The notes under the pieces are model-generated. The model did not search any database and was not told where the DNA came from. It was given only the letters and a program-made list of their open reading frames with translations. From Deltaproteobacteria bacterium (GTDB lineage Bacteria; Myxococcota_A; Polyangia; Polyangiales; Houyiibacteriaceae), in the NCBI GenBank assembly GCA_034670305.1, contig JAXMNT010000027.1, forward strand, positions 1-64,000: DNA of 64,000 nucleotides, in the 5' to 3' direction. Positions within the stretch are counted from its first letter, which is position 1. Each line of letters begins with the position of its first letter. Of the stretch, positions 18,314 through 27,912 are shown one piece after another. Position numbers and translations under genes: made by a program.

Positions 18314-19150
18314 GTGTTTGCCTGGACCCTGGCCACCGGCCCACTGAACGACGCGCGGCGCGAAGCGGGACGGAAGTGCGCTCGGGTGCTCGGCGACCGG
18401 CTCGGCGGCGAACTGCGCATCGACGAGATGCCTTCGTATCAGGCGCTGCGAACACACATGCTCGAGCGTCGGCCGGACTTCGCGTGGCTGCCGCCGGCGC
18501 TCTACGTCCAGACCGAGGCCGAAGTCGATCTGCTCTCGTGTGGGGTCCGTGCCCTGCACGCGCACTTCCATGGGGCGCTCTTCTGCCGGCCCGATTCAGT
18601 CCACGAGAGCATCGAGAGCCTCCGCGACCACACGGTCGCGTGGGTCGACCGCAGCAGCACCTCCGGCTTTCTCTTCGTCCGGTACGGATTGGACGAGTTC
18701 GTCGAAGTGGATGGGTTCTTCGCAGAAGAACGATTTCTCGGCGACCACGCAGAAGTCGTCCGGGCGGTGCTCGCCGGCGAAGTGGCGGCCGGGGCGACCT
18801 ACTGCCACATCGGCGACGAAGGCGCCTCGCCGGGTGTCGACTGGCGTGCCGAGGCGCCTGCGCGGGTCGTCTCGAGCGCAGGCTGGGGCGATGCGGACGT
18901 GCGCGTGCTGCTCGTCAGCGAACCCATTCCAGCCGACGTCATCGTGAGCAGCCGAACCACCCCAGATGCCGACCGCATTCGGTTCGTCGAGGTGTTGCAG
19001 GCGTTGCACGACACCCTGGATGGGCAGGCGGCCCTCATCGACTTCTTCGGGGTCGACCGGTTCGAACCGGCGATGTGGAGCCGCTACTCGACCGTGCGCG
19101 CCGCCCTGGCCGAACACGTCCGCCGATCCACCCTGCCGGCGGCCCCTTAG
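18314..19150 (+). CDS. PhnD-like phosphate/phosphonate substrate-binding domain protein (start uncertain)
   Basis: DFAWLPP, AWVDRSSTSGF, GDHAEVVRAVLAGEVAAGA, PIPAD. Confidence 0.75.
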   Translation: MFAWTLATGPLNDARREAGRKCARVLGDRLGGELRIDEMPSYQALRTHMLERRPDFAWLPPALYVQTEAEVDLLSCGVRALHAHFHGALFCRPDSVHESIESLRDHTVAWVDRSSTSGFLFVRYGLDEFVEVDGFFAEERFLGDHAEVVRAVLAGEVAAGATYCHIGDEGASPGVDWRAEAPARVVSSAGWGDADVRVLLVSEPIPADVIVSSRTTPDADRIRFVEVLQALHDTLDGQAALIDFFGVDRFEPAMWSRYSTVRAALAEHVRRSTLPAAP

Positions 19151-19160
19151 TTTATTGGCA

Positions 19161-19281
19161 CTACGGGCCTGGCTCGCTTCGCGAGACTGGCGGCCTGCGG
19201 CCTGCGCAGGTGCACGAGTGGAGCCGCCTGACTCGCTGGCGCTGTTCGTGGCCAGGCTCGCCTCGCGAGCTGGCGGCCCTA
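19161..19281 (+). repeat. Structured intergenic repeat family B, copy 1
   Basis: Core CTACGGGCCTGGCTCGCTTCGCGAGACTGGCGGCC plus a degenerate second core at 19250. Confidence 0.85.
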
Positions 19282-19317
19282 TGCATGCGCTGCTGTGGAA
19301 TATCTTCGGGAAAGCGG

Positions 19318-19345
19318 CTTGATCCTGCACAACTCGAACTTATCT
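19318..19345 (+). promoter_or_regulatory. Possible RpoH-like heat-shock promoter of dnaJ
   Basis: CTTG-N17-CTTATCT about 75 bp upstream of the dnaJ ATG. Confidence 0.35.
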
Positions 19346-19419
19346 TGCCGCCTCGTCTCTCCGATTCGCGCTGCATTTGACCGCAGGTGGCCTGAGTGGG
19401 ACGAACGCCAGCCGCAGGT

Positions 19420-20505
19420 ATGAAGCAGGACTACTACGAACTCCTCGGGGTCGACCGCGCTGCGGACGCCCCCCAACTGAAGAAGGCCTACAAGAAGCAG
19501 GCCGCCAAACACCATCCGGACCGCAACCAGGACGACCCTGGCGCGGAGGATCGGTTCAAGGCGGTCGCCGAGGCCTACCAAGTCCTGAGCGATCCGCAGA
19601 AGCGCGAGCTCTACGACCGCTTCGGCTTCGATGGCCTGAGCGGGGCGGCCAGCGGCGGTGGTGGGGTGGGCTTCTCGGATGTCGGGGACATCTTCAGCCA
19701 CTTCCAAGAGATCTTCGGAGGCATGGGCTTCGACATCGGCGGTGGATTCGGCGGCCGCCAGCGGGCCCGACGAGACGCACCGTCGCGGGGCGGCAACGTC
19801 CAGACGGTGATTGAACTGTCGCTGCAGGACGCGGCGTTTGGCTGCGAGCAGGAGATCACCCTCAAACACCCCACGCCCTGTGAGCCGTGTCAGGGATCGG
19901 GTGCGAAGGACGGCAAGGTCTCGCGCTGCGCGGTCTGCCATGGCAGTGGCCAGACGACCTCGCGCAGAGGCGCCTTCGTCTTGCAGACCACCTGCCCGAG
20001 CTGCCACGGCCGCGGCGCCCAGATCACCGACACCTGTCCTGCATGCGTTGGCTCCGGCGAAGTCTCCAAGGAACGCAGAGTGCGCATCTCGATTCCGGCG
20101 GGCATCGATCACGGACAGACCCTGCGACTGGCAGGCAAGGGCCAAGAAGGCCGGCGAGGGGGACCCGCCGGCCATTTGTATGTCGAGGTCCGCGTGCAGC
20201 AGCACGAGCACTTCGAACGCGATGGCCAAGACCTCGTGTACGAGCTCCCGGTCTCGTTTCCGCAGGCCGCGCTCGGCGCCAAAGTCGACGTGCCGAGCCT
20301 GCATCCAGAAGAAGATCCGGTTTCGCTCCAGGTGCCTGCGGGCGTTCAGCCGGGCGAGACCCTCGTGGTCCGCGGAAGTGGCGTGCCGCGGCTCGATGGG
20401 CGTGGCCGCGGTGACCTCGTCTGCGTCGTGCAGGTGGAGGTTCCCAAGGAACTCTCACCGCGCGCCCGCGAGCTCGTCGAAGAGCTCGCCCAGTCGATGA
20501 AGTAG
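19420..20505 (+). CDS. dnaJ: Molecular chaperone DnaJ
   Basis: DYYELLGV, HPD motif, G/F-rich region, four CxxCxGxG zinc-finger motifs, C-terminal domain. Confidence 0.97.
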   Translation: MKQDYYELLGVDRAADAPQLKKAYKKQAAKHHPDRNQDDPGAEDRFKAVAEAYQVLSDPQKRELYDRFGFDGLSGAASGGGGVGFSDVGDIFSHFQEIFGGMGFDIGGGFGGRQRARRDAPSRGGNVQTVIELSLQDAAFGCEQEITLKHPTPCEPCQGSGAKDGKVSRCAVCHGSGQTTSRRGAFVLQTTCPSCHGRGAQITDTCPACVGSGEVSKERRVRISIPAGIDHGQTLRLAGKGQEGRRGGPAGHLYVEVRVQQHEHFERDGQDLVYELPVSFPQAALGAKVDVPSLHPEEDPVSLQVPAGVQPGETLVVRGSGVPRLDGRGRGDLVCVVQVEVPKELSPRARELVEELAQSMK

Positions 20506-20571
20506 CTCGGCTCGCCCAGTCGATGAGGTAGGGCGGCTCCCGCAGTCCCATGAAGTAGGGGGCGGCTCGCC
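20484..20571 (+). repeat. ~26-bp degenerate tandem copies of the dnaJ 3' end
   Basis: GCTCGCCCAGTCGATGA(A/G)GTAG at 20484 and 20510; degenerate copy at 20536; partial copy near 20565. Confidence 0.8.
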
Positions 20572-20589
20572 ATCACAACTGGGCGCTGG

Positions 20590-21432
20590 CTACGTGTGCT
20601 CGGCGAGCACGGCGTCGACGTTGGATTGCCAGGAAGGCATCGGGCCGACGAGGGCTTCGGTCGGTGCGAGATCGAGCACGCTGTACGCCGGCCGCGGCGC
20701 CGGTCGCGGGTACTCGTCGCTGCCGCAGGGGCTCACGGTGCAGCCACCGTCGGGCCGCACCTTGGAGACGACGTAACTCGCGAGATCGAACCAGGTGCAG
20801 TCGCCGCCGTCGGTCGCATGCAGGATGCCGCGCGCGTTCTTGCGCAATAGCGCCAGCGACGTCGCCGCCAGGTGCTGCGCGCTCGTCGGCCGACCGCGTT
20901 GATCATCGACCACCCGCAGCGCGTCCTTCGTCCGACCGAGCTTCTTCATGGTGAGCACGAAGTTGTTCGCCCACGGCGCGTAGAGCCAGCTCGTGCGCAG
21001 AATCAGGTGCGCGTCGAGCGCTTTCGCGATCGCCTCTTCCCCGACCGCCTTGCTGCGTCCATACGCGTTCAGCGGCGCCCGCGGCGCGTCGATGGGGTAG
21101 GGCGCGGCCGCGTCGCCCGCGAAGACGTAGTCGGTCGAGTAGTGCACCAGGGTCGCGCCGATGGCGGCGCAGCGTTCGGCCAGCCGCGCGGAGCCGTCGC
21201 CGTTGATGCGGGTCGCTTCGGCTTCGTGCGTCTCGGCGCCATCGACATCGGTGTACGCCGCGCAGTTGATCACCGCGGTCACGCCGGTCTGCAAGAACGA
21301 GGCGACCGAGTCCGGCTTGGTGATGTCGATGTCGGGATACGACCTCGAGACGTACGGAACCGCCTCCCGCTCGAGCAGCTCCACCCAAGCGCGGCCGAGC
21401 ATGCCTTCGGGGGCGATGAGTGCGATCTTCAT
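20590..21432 (-). CDS. rmlD: dTDP-4-dehydrorhamnose reductase
   Basis: GMLG, NCAAYTDVD, STDYVF, YGRSK, RPAYS. Confidence 0.95.
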   Translation of the reverse strand: MKIALIAPEGMLGRAWVELLEREAVPYVSRSYPDIDITKPDSVASFLQTGVTAVINCAAYTDVDGAETHEAEATRINGDGSARLAERCAAIGATLVHYSTDYVFAGDAAAPYPIDAPRAPLNAYGRSKAVGEEAIAKALDAHLILRTSWLYAPWANNFVLTMKKLGRTKDALRVVDDQRGRPTSAQHLAATSLALLRKNARGILHATDGGDCTWFDLASYVVSKVRPDGGCTVSPCGSDEYPRPAPRPAYSVLDLAPTEALVGPMPSWQSNVDAVLAEHT

Positions 21433-21998
21433 GGCGCCTCGTAGGTCGGCAACCGCGCCGGGTCGATCTCGGAGAGCTTCTTCGCGTCGCGGTCTTTGTC
21501 ACTCAGCAAGGGATCGCCGAGCGGCCACTCGATGCCGATCGCCGGGTCCGCGTAGTGCACGCTGAGCTCCGTCTCCGGGTGGTAGAGGTCGGTGCACTTG
21601 TACGCGAAGAGGGCGTGCTCGGTGAGCACCTGGAACCCATGCGCGAACCCGGGCGGCACCCAGAGCTGCTGGTGTTTCTCGGCGTCGAGCCGCGCGCCGA
21701 CCCACTGGCCGAACGTCGGCGAACCGACGCGCACGTCGACGGCGACATCGAACACCGCGCCTTCGGTCACGCGCACGAGTTTGCCCTGTCCGTGTGGGTG
21801 CTGCAGATGCAGCCCGCGCAAGATGCCCTTGGCGGATCGCGAGAGGTTGTCCTGCACGAACGCGCCGTGGCGTCCGGGGATGCCGGCCTCGTCGTAGCGC
21901 TTCTTCTGATACGACTCGACGAAGAACCCGCGGTGGTCTCCGAAGACCTTCGGGGTGATGAGGACGACCTCGGGGATCGCCAGGGGCGTGCACTCCAC
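21429..21998 (-). CDS. rmlC: dTDP-4-dehydrorhamnose 3,5-epimerase
   Basis: FGDHRGFF, QDNLS, LRGLHLQ, PPGFAHGF; GTG start overlaps the rmlA stop. Confidence 0.95.
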   Translation of the reverse strand: MECTPLAIPEVVLITPKVFGDHRGFFVESYQKKRYDEAGIPGRHGAFVQDNLSRSAKGILRGLHLQHPHGQGKLVRVTEGAVFDVAVDVRVGSPTFGQWVGARLDAEKHQQLWVPPGFAHGFQVLTEHALFAYKCTDLYHPETELSVHYADPAIGIEWPLGDPLLSDKDRDAKKLSEIDPARLPTYEAP

Positions 21999-22876
21999 TA
22001 CTCGTCCATCTCCGGGAGTTTGAGCAGGTACTGGCCGTAGCGGGTCTTCTTCAGCGCGTCGCCTTGGGCGCGGACCTGATCGGCGTCGATCCATCCGCGG
22101 CGGAACGCGATCTCTTCGGGGCACGCGACCATCAGACCTTGCCGGGTCTGCACGGTCTGGATGAACTGCGCGGCTTGCAGGAGCGCTTCGGGGTTGCCGG
22201 TGTCGAGCCAGGCCACGCCGCGTCCGAGCTTCTCGAGCCGGAGCGATTCCTTCTCGAGGTAGAGCCGGTTGAGATCCGTGATCTCCAGTTCGCCGCGCGG
22301 CGAAGGTTTCAGACCCTTGGCCAGTTCGACCACGTGGTGGTCGTAGAAGTAGAGGCCGGCGACCGCGTAGTTCGAGCGCGGCTTCTCGGGTTTCTCTTCG
22401 AGCCCGATGACTCTGCCGCTCGCGTCGAACTCCGCGACCCCGTAGGCCTGGGGCTCGTCCACGTAGTAGCCGAAGACGGTCGCGCCTTCGGTGCGGGTGC
22501 CGACTTCTTTCAAGAGGCCCGAGAGACCGTGGCCGTAGAAGATGTTGTCGCCGAGCACGAGCGCGCAGGGATCGCCGCCGATGAAGTCTTCGCCGATGAC
22601 GAACGCTTGCGCGAGCCCGTCGGGCGAAGGCTGCACCGCGTATTCGATCTTCATGCCCCACTGGGAGCCGTCGCCGAGCAGCCCTTGAAAGAGCGCCGAC
22701 TCGTGCGGGGTGTTGATCACCAGCACCTCGCGGATGCCCGCGAGCATCAACGTGCTCAGCGGGTAGTAGATCATGGGCTTGTCGTAGATCGGCATGAGCT
22801 GCTTGCTCACCGATTTCGTCAGCGGGTGCAGGCGGGTGCCCGAGCCTCCAGCGAGGATGATGCCTTTTTGGATCAC
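21998..22876 (-). CDS. rmlA: Glucose-1-phosphate thymidylyltransferase
   Basis: [37 protein letters not shown]. Confidence 0.97.
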   Translation of the reverse strand: MIQKGIILAGGSGTRLHPLTKSVSKQLMPIYDKPMIYYPLSTLMLAGIREVLVINTPHESALFQGLLGDGSQWGMKIEYAVQPSPDGLAQAFVIGEDFIGGDPCALVLGDNIFYGHGLSGLLKEVGTRTEGATVFGYYVDEPQAYGVAEFDASGRVIGLEEKPEKPRSNYAVAGLYFYDHHVVELAKGLKPSPRGELEITDLNRLYLEKESLRLEKLGRGVAWLDTGNPEALLQAAQFIQTVQTRQGLMVACPEEIAFRRGWIDADQVRAQGDALKKTRYGQYLLKLPEMDE

Positions 22877-22877
22877 G

Positions 22878-23921
22878 TCAGCGGTCTCCGTAGTTCTCTT
22901 CTATCCACTGCTTGTATCCGCCAGAGCGCACATCGTTCACCCAGGCTTCGTTGTCGAGGTACCAGCGCACGGTCTTGCGCATGCCGGTCTCGAAGGTCTC
23001 GGCCGGGGTCCAGCCGCATTCCTTCTCGATGAGCGTCGCGTCGATCGCGTAGCGAAGGTCGTGGCCGGGGCGGTCTTTGACGAAGGTCTTGAGTGCGAAG
23101 AGTTCCTGCGGGTCGCTCTTGGTCTCTTCGGCGACGAGTTTGCAGAGCGCGTCGACCACGTCGATGTTCCGCATCTCGTTGTGGCCACCGACGTTGTAGG
23201 TCTCGCCGATCTTGCCCTTCTCGATGACTGTCCAGATCGCTTCGCAGTGATCGGTCACGTAGAGCCAGTCGCGCACGTTGAGACCCTCGCCGTAGATGGG
23301 CAGGGGTTTGCGCGCGAGCGCGTTCATGATCATCAGCGGGATGAGCTTCTCGGGGAACTGCAGCGGGCCGTAGTTGTTGGAGCAGTTCGTGATCTTCACC
23401 GGCAGCCCGTAGGTCCGGTGCCATGCGCGCACGAGGTGATCACTCGCGGCTTTCGAGGCGCTGTACGGGCTCGAGGGATCGTAGCGGGTGGTCTCGTAGA
23501 AGAAGCCGGTGTCGCCGAGCGAGCCGTAGACTTCGTCGGTGCTCACGTGGTGGAAGAGGCCCTGGCCGTCTTTCCAGAGTTGGCGACACTGCTCGAGCAG
23601 GTTGAAGGTGCCCTCGATGTTCGTGCGCACGAACTCCTTCGGGCCGAGGATGCTCCGGTCGACGTGGCTCTCGGCCGCGAAGTGCACGACCAGGTCCGGC
23701 GTGTGGGCTTCGAAGACCTCGCCGAGTTTGTCCGAGTCGGTGATGTCCGCGTGCACGAACTCGTAGTTCGGCAGCTTGGCGATCGGAGCGAGACTCTTCG
23801 GGTTGCCCGCGTAGGTCAGCGCGTCGAGGTTGACGAAGTGGTGCTCCGGGTGCCGGGGCACAAGGAGGTTGAGGAAGTTGGCGCCGATGAACCCGGCGCC
23901 GCCCGTGACGAGTACCCGCAT
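22878..23921 (-). CDS. rmlB: dTDP-glucose 4,6-dehydratase
   Basis: [43 protein letters not shown]. Confidence 0.97.
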   Translation of the reverse strand: MRVLVTGGAGFIGANFLNLLVPRHPEHHFVNLDALTYAGNPKSLAPIAKLPNYEFVHADITDSDKLGEVFEAHTPDLVVHFAAESHVDRSILGPKEFVRTNIEGTFNLLEQCRQLWKDGQGLFHHVSTDEVYGSLGDTGFFYETTRYDPSSPYSASKAASDHLVRAWHRTYGLPVKITNCSNNYGPLQFPEKLIPLMIMNALARKPLPIYGEGLNVRDWLYVTDHCEAIWTVIEKGKIGETYNVGGHNEMRNIDVVDALCKLVAEETKSDPQELFALKTFVKDRPGHDLRYAIDATLIEKECGWTPAETFETGMRKTVRWYLDNEAWVNDVRSGGYKQWIEENYGDR

Positions 23922-24026
23922 GCGCGGGCGGCATATCACATGGACCCCGCCGCGCGAGCCGGTGGTTTCGTTTGGTCCAGGCGCGCGCAGGCTTCCGCAG
24001 GGGTGTGGAGCCGCTATGCTCCGCGG

Positions 24027-26099
24027 GTGACGCGCGCGATCTCTGCTGGGCTGCTCTTGACCATGATGATTGGCTGCGGAGACGACGACGTCGTCTCGGA
24101 TGCGGGCGTCGATGCGGCGCTCGACGCGGGCGAAGACGTTGGTCCCGACGCAGGGACGGATGGCGGTCCCCTTCTGATCGAGGGTTCCAGCGCCCGGGAG
24201 GCGTGCGCGGATCGCGATCCGCTCCGCCGCGCGTTCTTCGGCGACCTGCACGTGCACACCCGCTACTCGTTCGATGCGGCGTCCTACGACGTGCGGAACG
24301 GACCTCGGGAGGCGTACCGGTTTGCGCGAGGCGAAGAGGTGGGGCTGCCGCCCTACGACGCGGCGGGTGAACCGACCCGGCGCATTCGCCTGGACCGCCC
24401 ACTCGATTTCGCTGCGGTCACCGACCACGCAGAGCTCATGGCGGCGACCTCGATCTGCACCGACCCCACGTCTCCTGGATACGAGTCGACCACCTGCGTG
24501 AGCTACCGCGAAGGCAACGCGGCCATCGCGGACTTCGGCGACTTCTTCGTCTCGATCGGACTCGCGCGCCCGCAGCAGGTGCGCATGTGCCGGGCCGACC
24601 CGACGCTCTGCGGCGCGGAGCTCGCGAACGTGTGGCGTGAAACCATCGACGCTGCCGAAGAGGCGTACGACCGGACCTCTGGCTGCGGGTTCACGTCGTT
24701 CATCGGCTACGAGTGGACGGGCTCCGCGGGCGGCGGCGGCGTGAACATCCACCGCAACATCCTGTTCCGCAGCAACACCGTGCTCTCGCGTCCCATCAGC
24801 TACGTGGACAGCAACACGCCGGAGAAGCTGTGGGATGGACTCGAGTCGATCTGTTTGGCGAGTGGCACCGAGTGCGACCTCTTGGCGATCCCGCACAACT
24901 CGAACATCTCCGTGAACAACATGTTCGTTCCGTTTCGCGAAGACGGAACGCCCTACGACGCCGCGTTTGCTGCGCGGCGTGCGGCGCTCGAACCGCTCAT
25001 GGAGATCTACCAGCACAAAGGCGCGAGCGAGTGTGTGAGCGGCGTGACCGATCCGCTCGGGAGCGAAGACGAACTGTGCGGGTTCGAGCAGGTGTTCGAG
25101 AACCTGTGCACCGGACCCGACGACCCGCGCGAGGACTGCACGCCGATCTGCGACGAGACCAGCGGGTCGAGCTTTCTCGATCCGTGCGTGACCCCGCGCG
25201 ACAACTTGCGCGGTGCGCTCCGACGCGGACTCGCCGAGTTCGTGCGCAATGGCGAGAACCCGTTCCGCCTCGGGGTGGTCGCGAGCACCGACACCCACAA
25301 CGCGATCGCGGGCGGTGTGGAAGAAGACTCCTGGCCCGGACACACCGGCGACACCGACGACGATCCCGCCGAGCAGTTCGATCCGCCGGGGGGTGTGTCG
25401 GTCTCTTTGAGGACGTCTTCCCCGGGCGGCCTCGCCGTGATCTACGCGGAGGAGAACTCCCGGCCGGCGCTGTTCGATGCCATGCGGCGGCGCGAGACCT
25501 ACGGCACGAGCGGCCCGCGCATCGTCGCGCGGTTCTTCGGCGGCTGGGCCTACGCCGCGGATCTGTGCGACGCGGTCGATCGGGTCGCGCAGGGCTACGC
25601 GTCGGGTGTGCCGATGGGCGCGTCGTTGCCCGAGCGCGGCGACGCCACCGCGCCTTCGTTCTTGGTCAGCGCGCTGCGGGACGCCCTGGGTGCCCCGCTC
25701 GAACGGATCCAGATCATCAAAGGCTGGGTGGACCCCGACACCGGGGAGACCTTCGAATCGGTGGTGCACGTCGCCGGCAACGAGACCGGTCCGGATGGGG
25801 TGGCACCGGTCGATCTGAGCACCTGCGAGCGCGCGCCCGAGTGGGACGCGGCGGGCGCGGCGGAGCTGTGCGCGGTGTGGACCGACCCCGACTTCGATCC
25901 GGCCGAGCCGGCCTTCTACTACGCGCGGGTCGTGGAGAACCCGACCTGTCGGTGGAGCCAGCGCGTGTGTCTCACCGAGGCGGTGGATTGTGACACAATC
26001 GGAGCCGAGGACCCGCTGGGACCGGTGTGCTGTGACGGGGCCCTCCCCCAGACCATCCGCGAGCGCGCCTGGACCAGCCCCATCTGGTACACCCCCTAG
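24027..26099 (+). CDS. DUF3604 family (PHP-like metallohydrolase) lipoprotein
   Basis: Lipobox MIGC; FFGDLHVHTRYSFDA, DFAAVTDH, IPHNSN, STDTHN, FYYARVVENPTCRWS, ERAWTSPIWY. Confidence 0.88.
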   Translation: MTRAISAGLLLTMMIGCGDDDVVSDAGVDAALDAGEDVGPDAGTDGGPLLIEGSSAREACADRDPLRRAFFGDLHVHTRYSFDAASYDVRNGPREAYRFARGEEVGLPPYDAAGEPTRRIRLDRPLDFAAVTDHAELMAATSICTDPTSPGYESTTCVSYREGNAAIADFGDFFVSIGLARPQQVRMCRADPTLCGAELANVWRETIDAAEEAYDRTSGCGFTSFIGYEWTGSAGGGGVNIHRNILFRSNTVLSRPISYVDSNTPEKLWDGLESICLASGTECDLLAIPHNSNISVNNMFVPFREDGTPYDAAFAARRAALEPLMEIYQHKGASECVSGVTDPLGSEDELCGFEQVFENLCTGPDDPREDCTPICDETSGSSFLDPCVTPRDNLRGALRRGLAEFVRNGENPFRLGVVASTDTHNAIAGGVEEDSWPGHTGDTDDDPAEQFDPPGGVSVSLRTSSPGGLAVIYAEENSRPALFDAMRRRETYGTSGPRIVARFFGGWAYAADLCDAVDRVAQGYASGVPMGASLPERGDATAPSFLVSALRDALGAPLERIQIIKGWVDPDTGETFESVVHVAGNETGPDGVAPVDLSTCERAPEWDAAGAAELCAVWTDPDFDPAEPAFYYARVVENPTCRWSQRVCLTEAVDCDTIGAEDPLGPVCCDGALPQTIRERAWTSPIWYTP

Positions 26100-26102
26100 C
26101 GG

Positions 26103-26136
26103 CCCTTGCCCGTGCCCTTGCCCTTGCCCTTGCCTT
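26103..26136 (+). repeat. (CCCTTG/CCCGTG)n hexamer tract
   Basis: Starts 4 nt after the stop at 26099; one of seven such tracts. Confidence 0.9.
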
Positions 26137-26151
26137 TGGGGTCAGGGCGAG

Positions 26152-26238
26152 AATTCACCCTAGGGCATCGTTCGCCCCTGTTTTGGTGGGCCCCCAATTC
26201 TACCTAGGGCATTGTTCGGCCTGTTCGTGTGGGCCACC
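26152..26238. repeat. ~44-bp imperfect tandem duplication
   Basis: AATTC..CCTAGGGCAT.GTTCG..CCTGTT...GTGGGCC occurs twice. Confidence 0.75.
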
Positions 26239-26289
26239 TAGACCATCGGTCGGCCGGGTTTCAAGCCACGCAGAATGGCTCCACACACC

Positions 26290-26336
26290 GATTGTGACAC
26301 AATGTGTTTGACATGAGTTCATTCGTGTTACATCGT
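26290..26336 (+). promoter_or_regulatory. sigma70-type promoter (TTGACA 26308) with palindrome ATTGTG-A-CACAAT
   Basis: Palindrome at 26291-26303 next to -35; the identical 14-mer occurs at 25986. Confidence 0.55.
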
Positions 26337-26342
26337 CTCACC

Positions 26343-27815
26343 ATGCAACACGAACTGATGGACAGCATGCGCCCCTGGGTGATCTTGGCCGACGCCGGAC
26401 TCACCGCCCTGGAGCGCACCGCTTGGGAGATCCGGCGCTCGGTGGAGCGGGTGGTCGACGCGGCGTCAAGCGACGCGTCCGAACTGCGCGACATCGGCCG
26501 GCGGACCAAACGCCTCTTCATCGCCGCGGGCACCCTCGGCCGCATCGCCGGGAGCTACCGGCTTCACCGCACCCGCGCGGCGTTCAGCACGAAGGCCAGC
26601 GCCGCCCGCGCGCTCGAGCGCCTGCACCAGAAGAACGCGCTGCGGGCCCGCGCGCTCTGCGAAGACCTCGGCGGCGCGATGCTCAAAGTCGGCCAGCTGC
26701 TGAGCGCGCGACCGGACCTGCTCCCGCACGCGTACGTCGAACAACTCGCGCACCTCCAAGATGCGGCCCCGACCGAACCCGTCGAGTCGCTTCGCGCCCT
26801 CATCGAGTCGGACCTCGAGGGCACGCTCGACGAGCTCTTCCACTCGTTCGACGAGAAGCCGATCGCTGCGGCCTCGATCGGGCAAGTGCACCGGGCCCGC
26901 GCCCGTGTCGAAGGCGTGCCCGAAGGGGTCGACGTCGCCGTGAAGGTGAAGCGCCCCGGCATCGCAGAACGGGTGAGCGACGATCTCTTGCTCCTCGGTC
27001 ACTTCCTCGACTCGCTGGCGGCTGAGCTGCCGCCGACCGACCTCGACACCATCCGCGCCGAGATCGCCGAAGCCGTGTCCAGCGAACTCGACTATGTGCT
27101 CGAGCGCGAGTCCATGGAGCGCCACCGCGACTTCTTCCGCGACGACCCTCGAGTGGTCGTGCCGACCTCGCTCCCCTCGCACTGCGGCGAACACGTGCTC
27201 ACCGCGAGCTTCGAAGAGAGTGTGAAGATCACCGATGCGCTCGACGCTGCGCCATCCGAAGAACGCGCCCGTCTGCTCGGCAACCTGCTCGACCTCTACG
27301 TCCGGCTGGTGATCGACGCGGGCTTCTTCCAGGCCGACCCCCACCCAGGCAACCTCCGCGTCGCCGACGACGGCGCCATCGTGCTGCTCGACTTCGGGTG
27401 CAGCCAGGACGTGCGTCCCGAACGCCGCGCGGCCTACCTCCGCGTCTTGCGGGCGGCGATCGTCCGGGACGAGGCCGGCATGAAACAGGCGCTGGTCGAG
27501 CTCGGCTTCCGCACCCAGAGCGGCAGCCCCGACACCATCGCGCTGATGGCCGACAGCTTGCTCCAAGAGGTCCGGCAAGCATTCACGGGCGACGAACCGA
27601 AGTGGCGAACGAAGGACGAACTCGTCGCCGAAGCCAAACGCGCCATGAAACTCGCCTCCGACGATCCGGTCGTCTCGGTGCCGGGGGACTTCGTGATGTT
27701 GGCGCGGGTGTTCGGCACCCTCGGCGGCCTCTACCTCACCCACAAGCCCGAAGGCATCGCCTCCTACCTGGCGCCGACCCTGGCGCACTTGCTCTCGGCG
27801 CCGGTCGCCGCCTAG
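26343..27815 (+). CDS. ABC1/UbiB/AarF family atypical kinase
   Basis: LKVGQLLSARPDLLP, AAASIGQVHRA, VAVKV, ELDY, ADPHPGN, LLDFG. Confidence 0.93.
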   Translation: MQHELMDSMRPWVILADAGLTALERTAWEIRRSVERVVDAASSDASELRDIGRRTKRLFIAAGTLGRIAGSYRLHRTRAAFSTKASAARALERLHQKNALRARALCEDLGGAMLKVGQLLSARPDLLPHAYVEQLAHLQDAAPTEPVESLRALIESDLEGTLDELFHSFDEKPIAAASIGQVHRARARVEGVPEGVDVAVKVKRPGIAERVSDDLLLLGHFLDSLAAELPPTDLDTIRAEIAEAVSSELDYVLERESMERHRDFFRDDPRVVVPTSLPSHCGEHVLTASFEESVKITDALDAAPSEERARLLGNLLDLYVRLVIDAGFFQADPHPGNLRVADDGAIVLLDFGCSQDVRPERRAAYLRVLRAAIVRDEAGMKQALVELGFRTQSGSPDTIALMADSLLQEVRQAFTGDEPKWRTKDELVAEAKRAMKLASDDPVVSVPGDFVMLARVFGTLGGLYLTHKPEGIASYLAPTLAHLLSAPVAA

Positions 27816-27912
27816 CCGCTGCGCTCCGACCGAGCCGCACCCCGACGTGCTCGACGGCGTTCTCGCTTCGGGGACGCCGTCGACGCGTCGAGTGCTCAGC
27901 CGTCGGAAGCGC

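Noticed and set aside
19282..19419. CIRCE element upstream of dnaJ
   Set aside because: No TTAGCACTC-N9-GAGTGCTAA match.
20590..23921. rmlBACD as a novel cluster
   Set aside because: Standard dTDP-L-rhamnose pathway.
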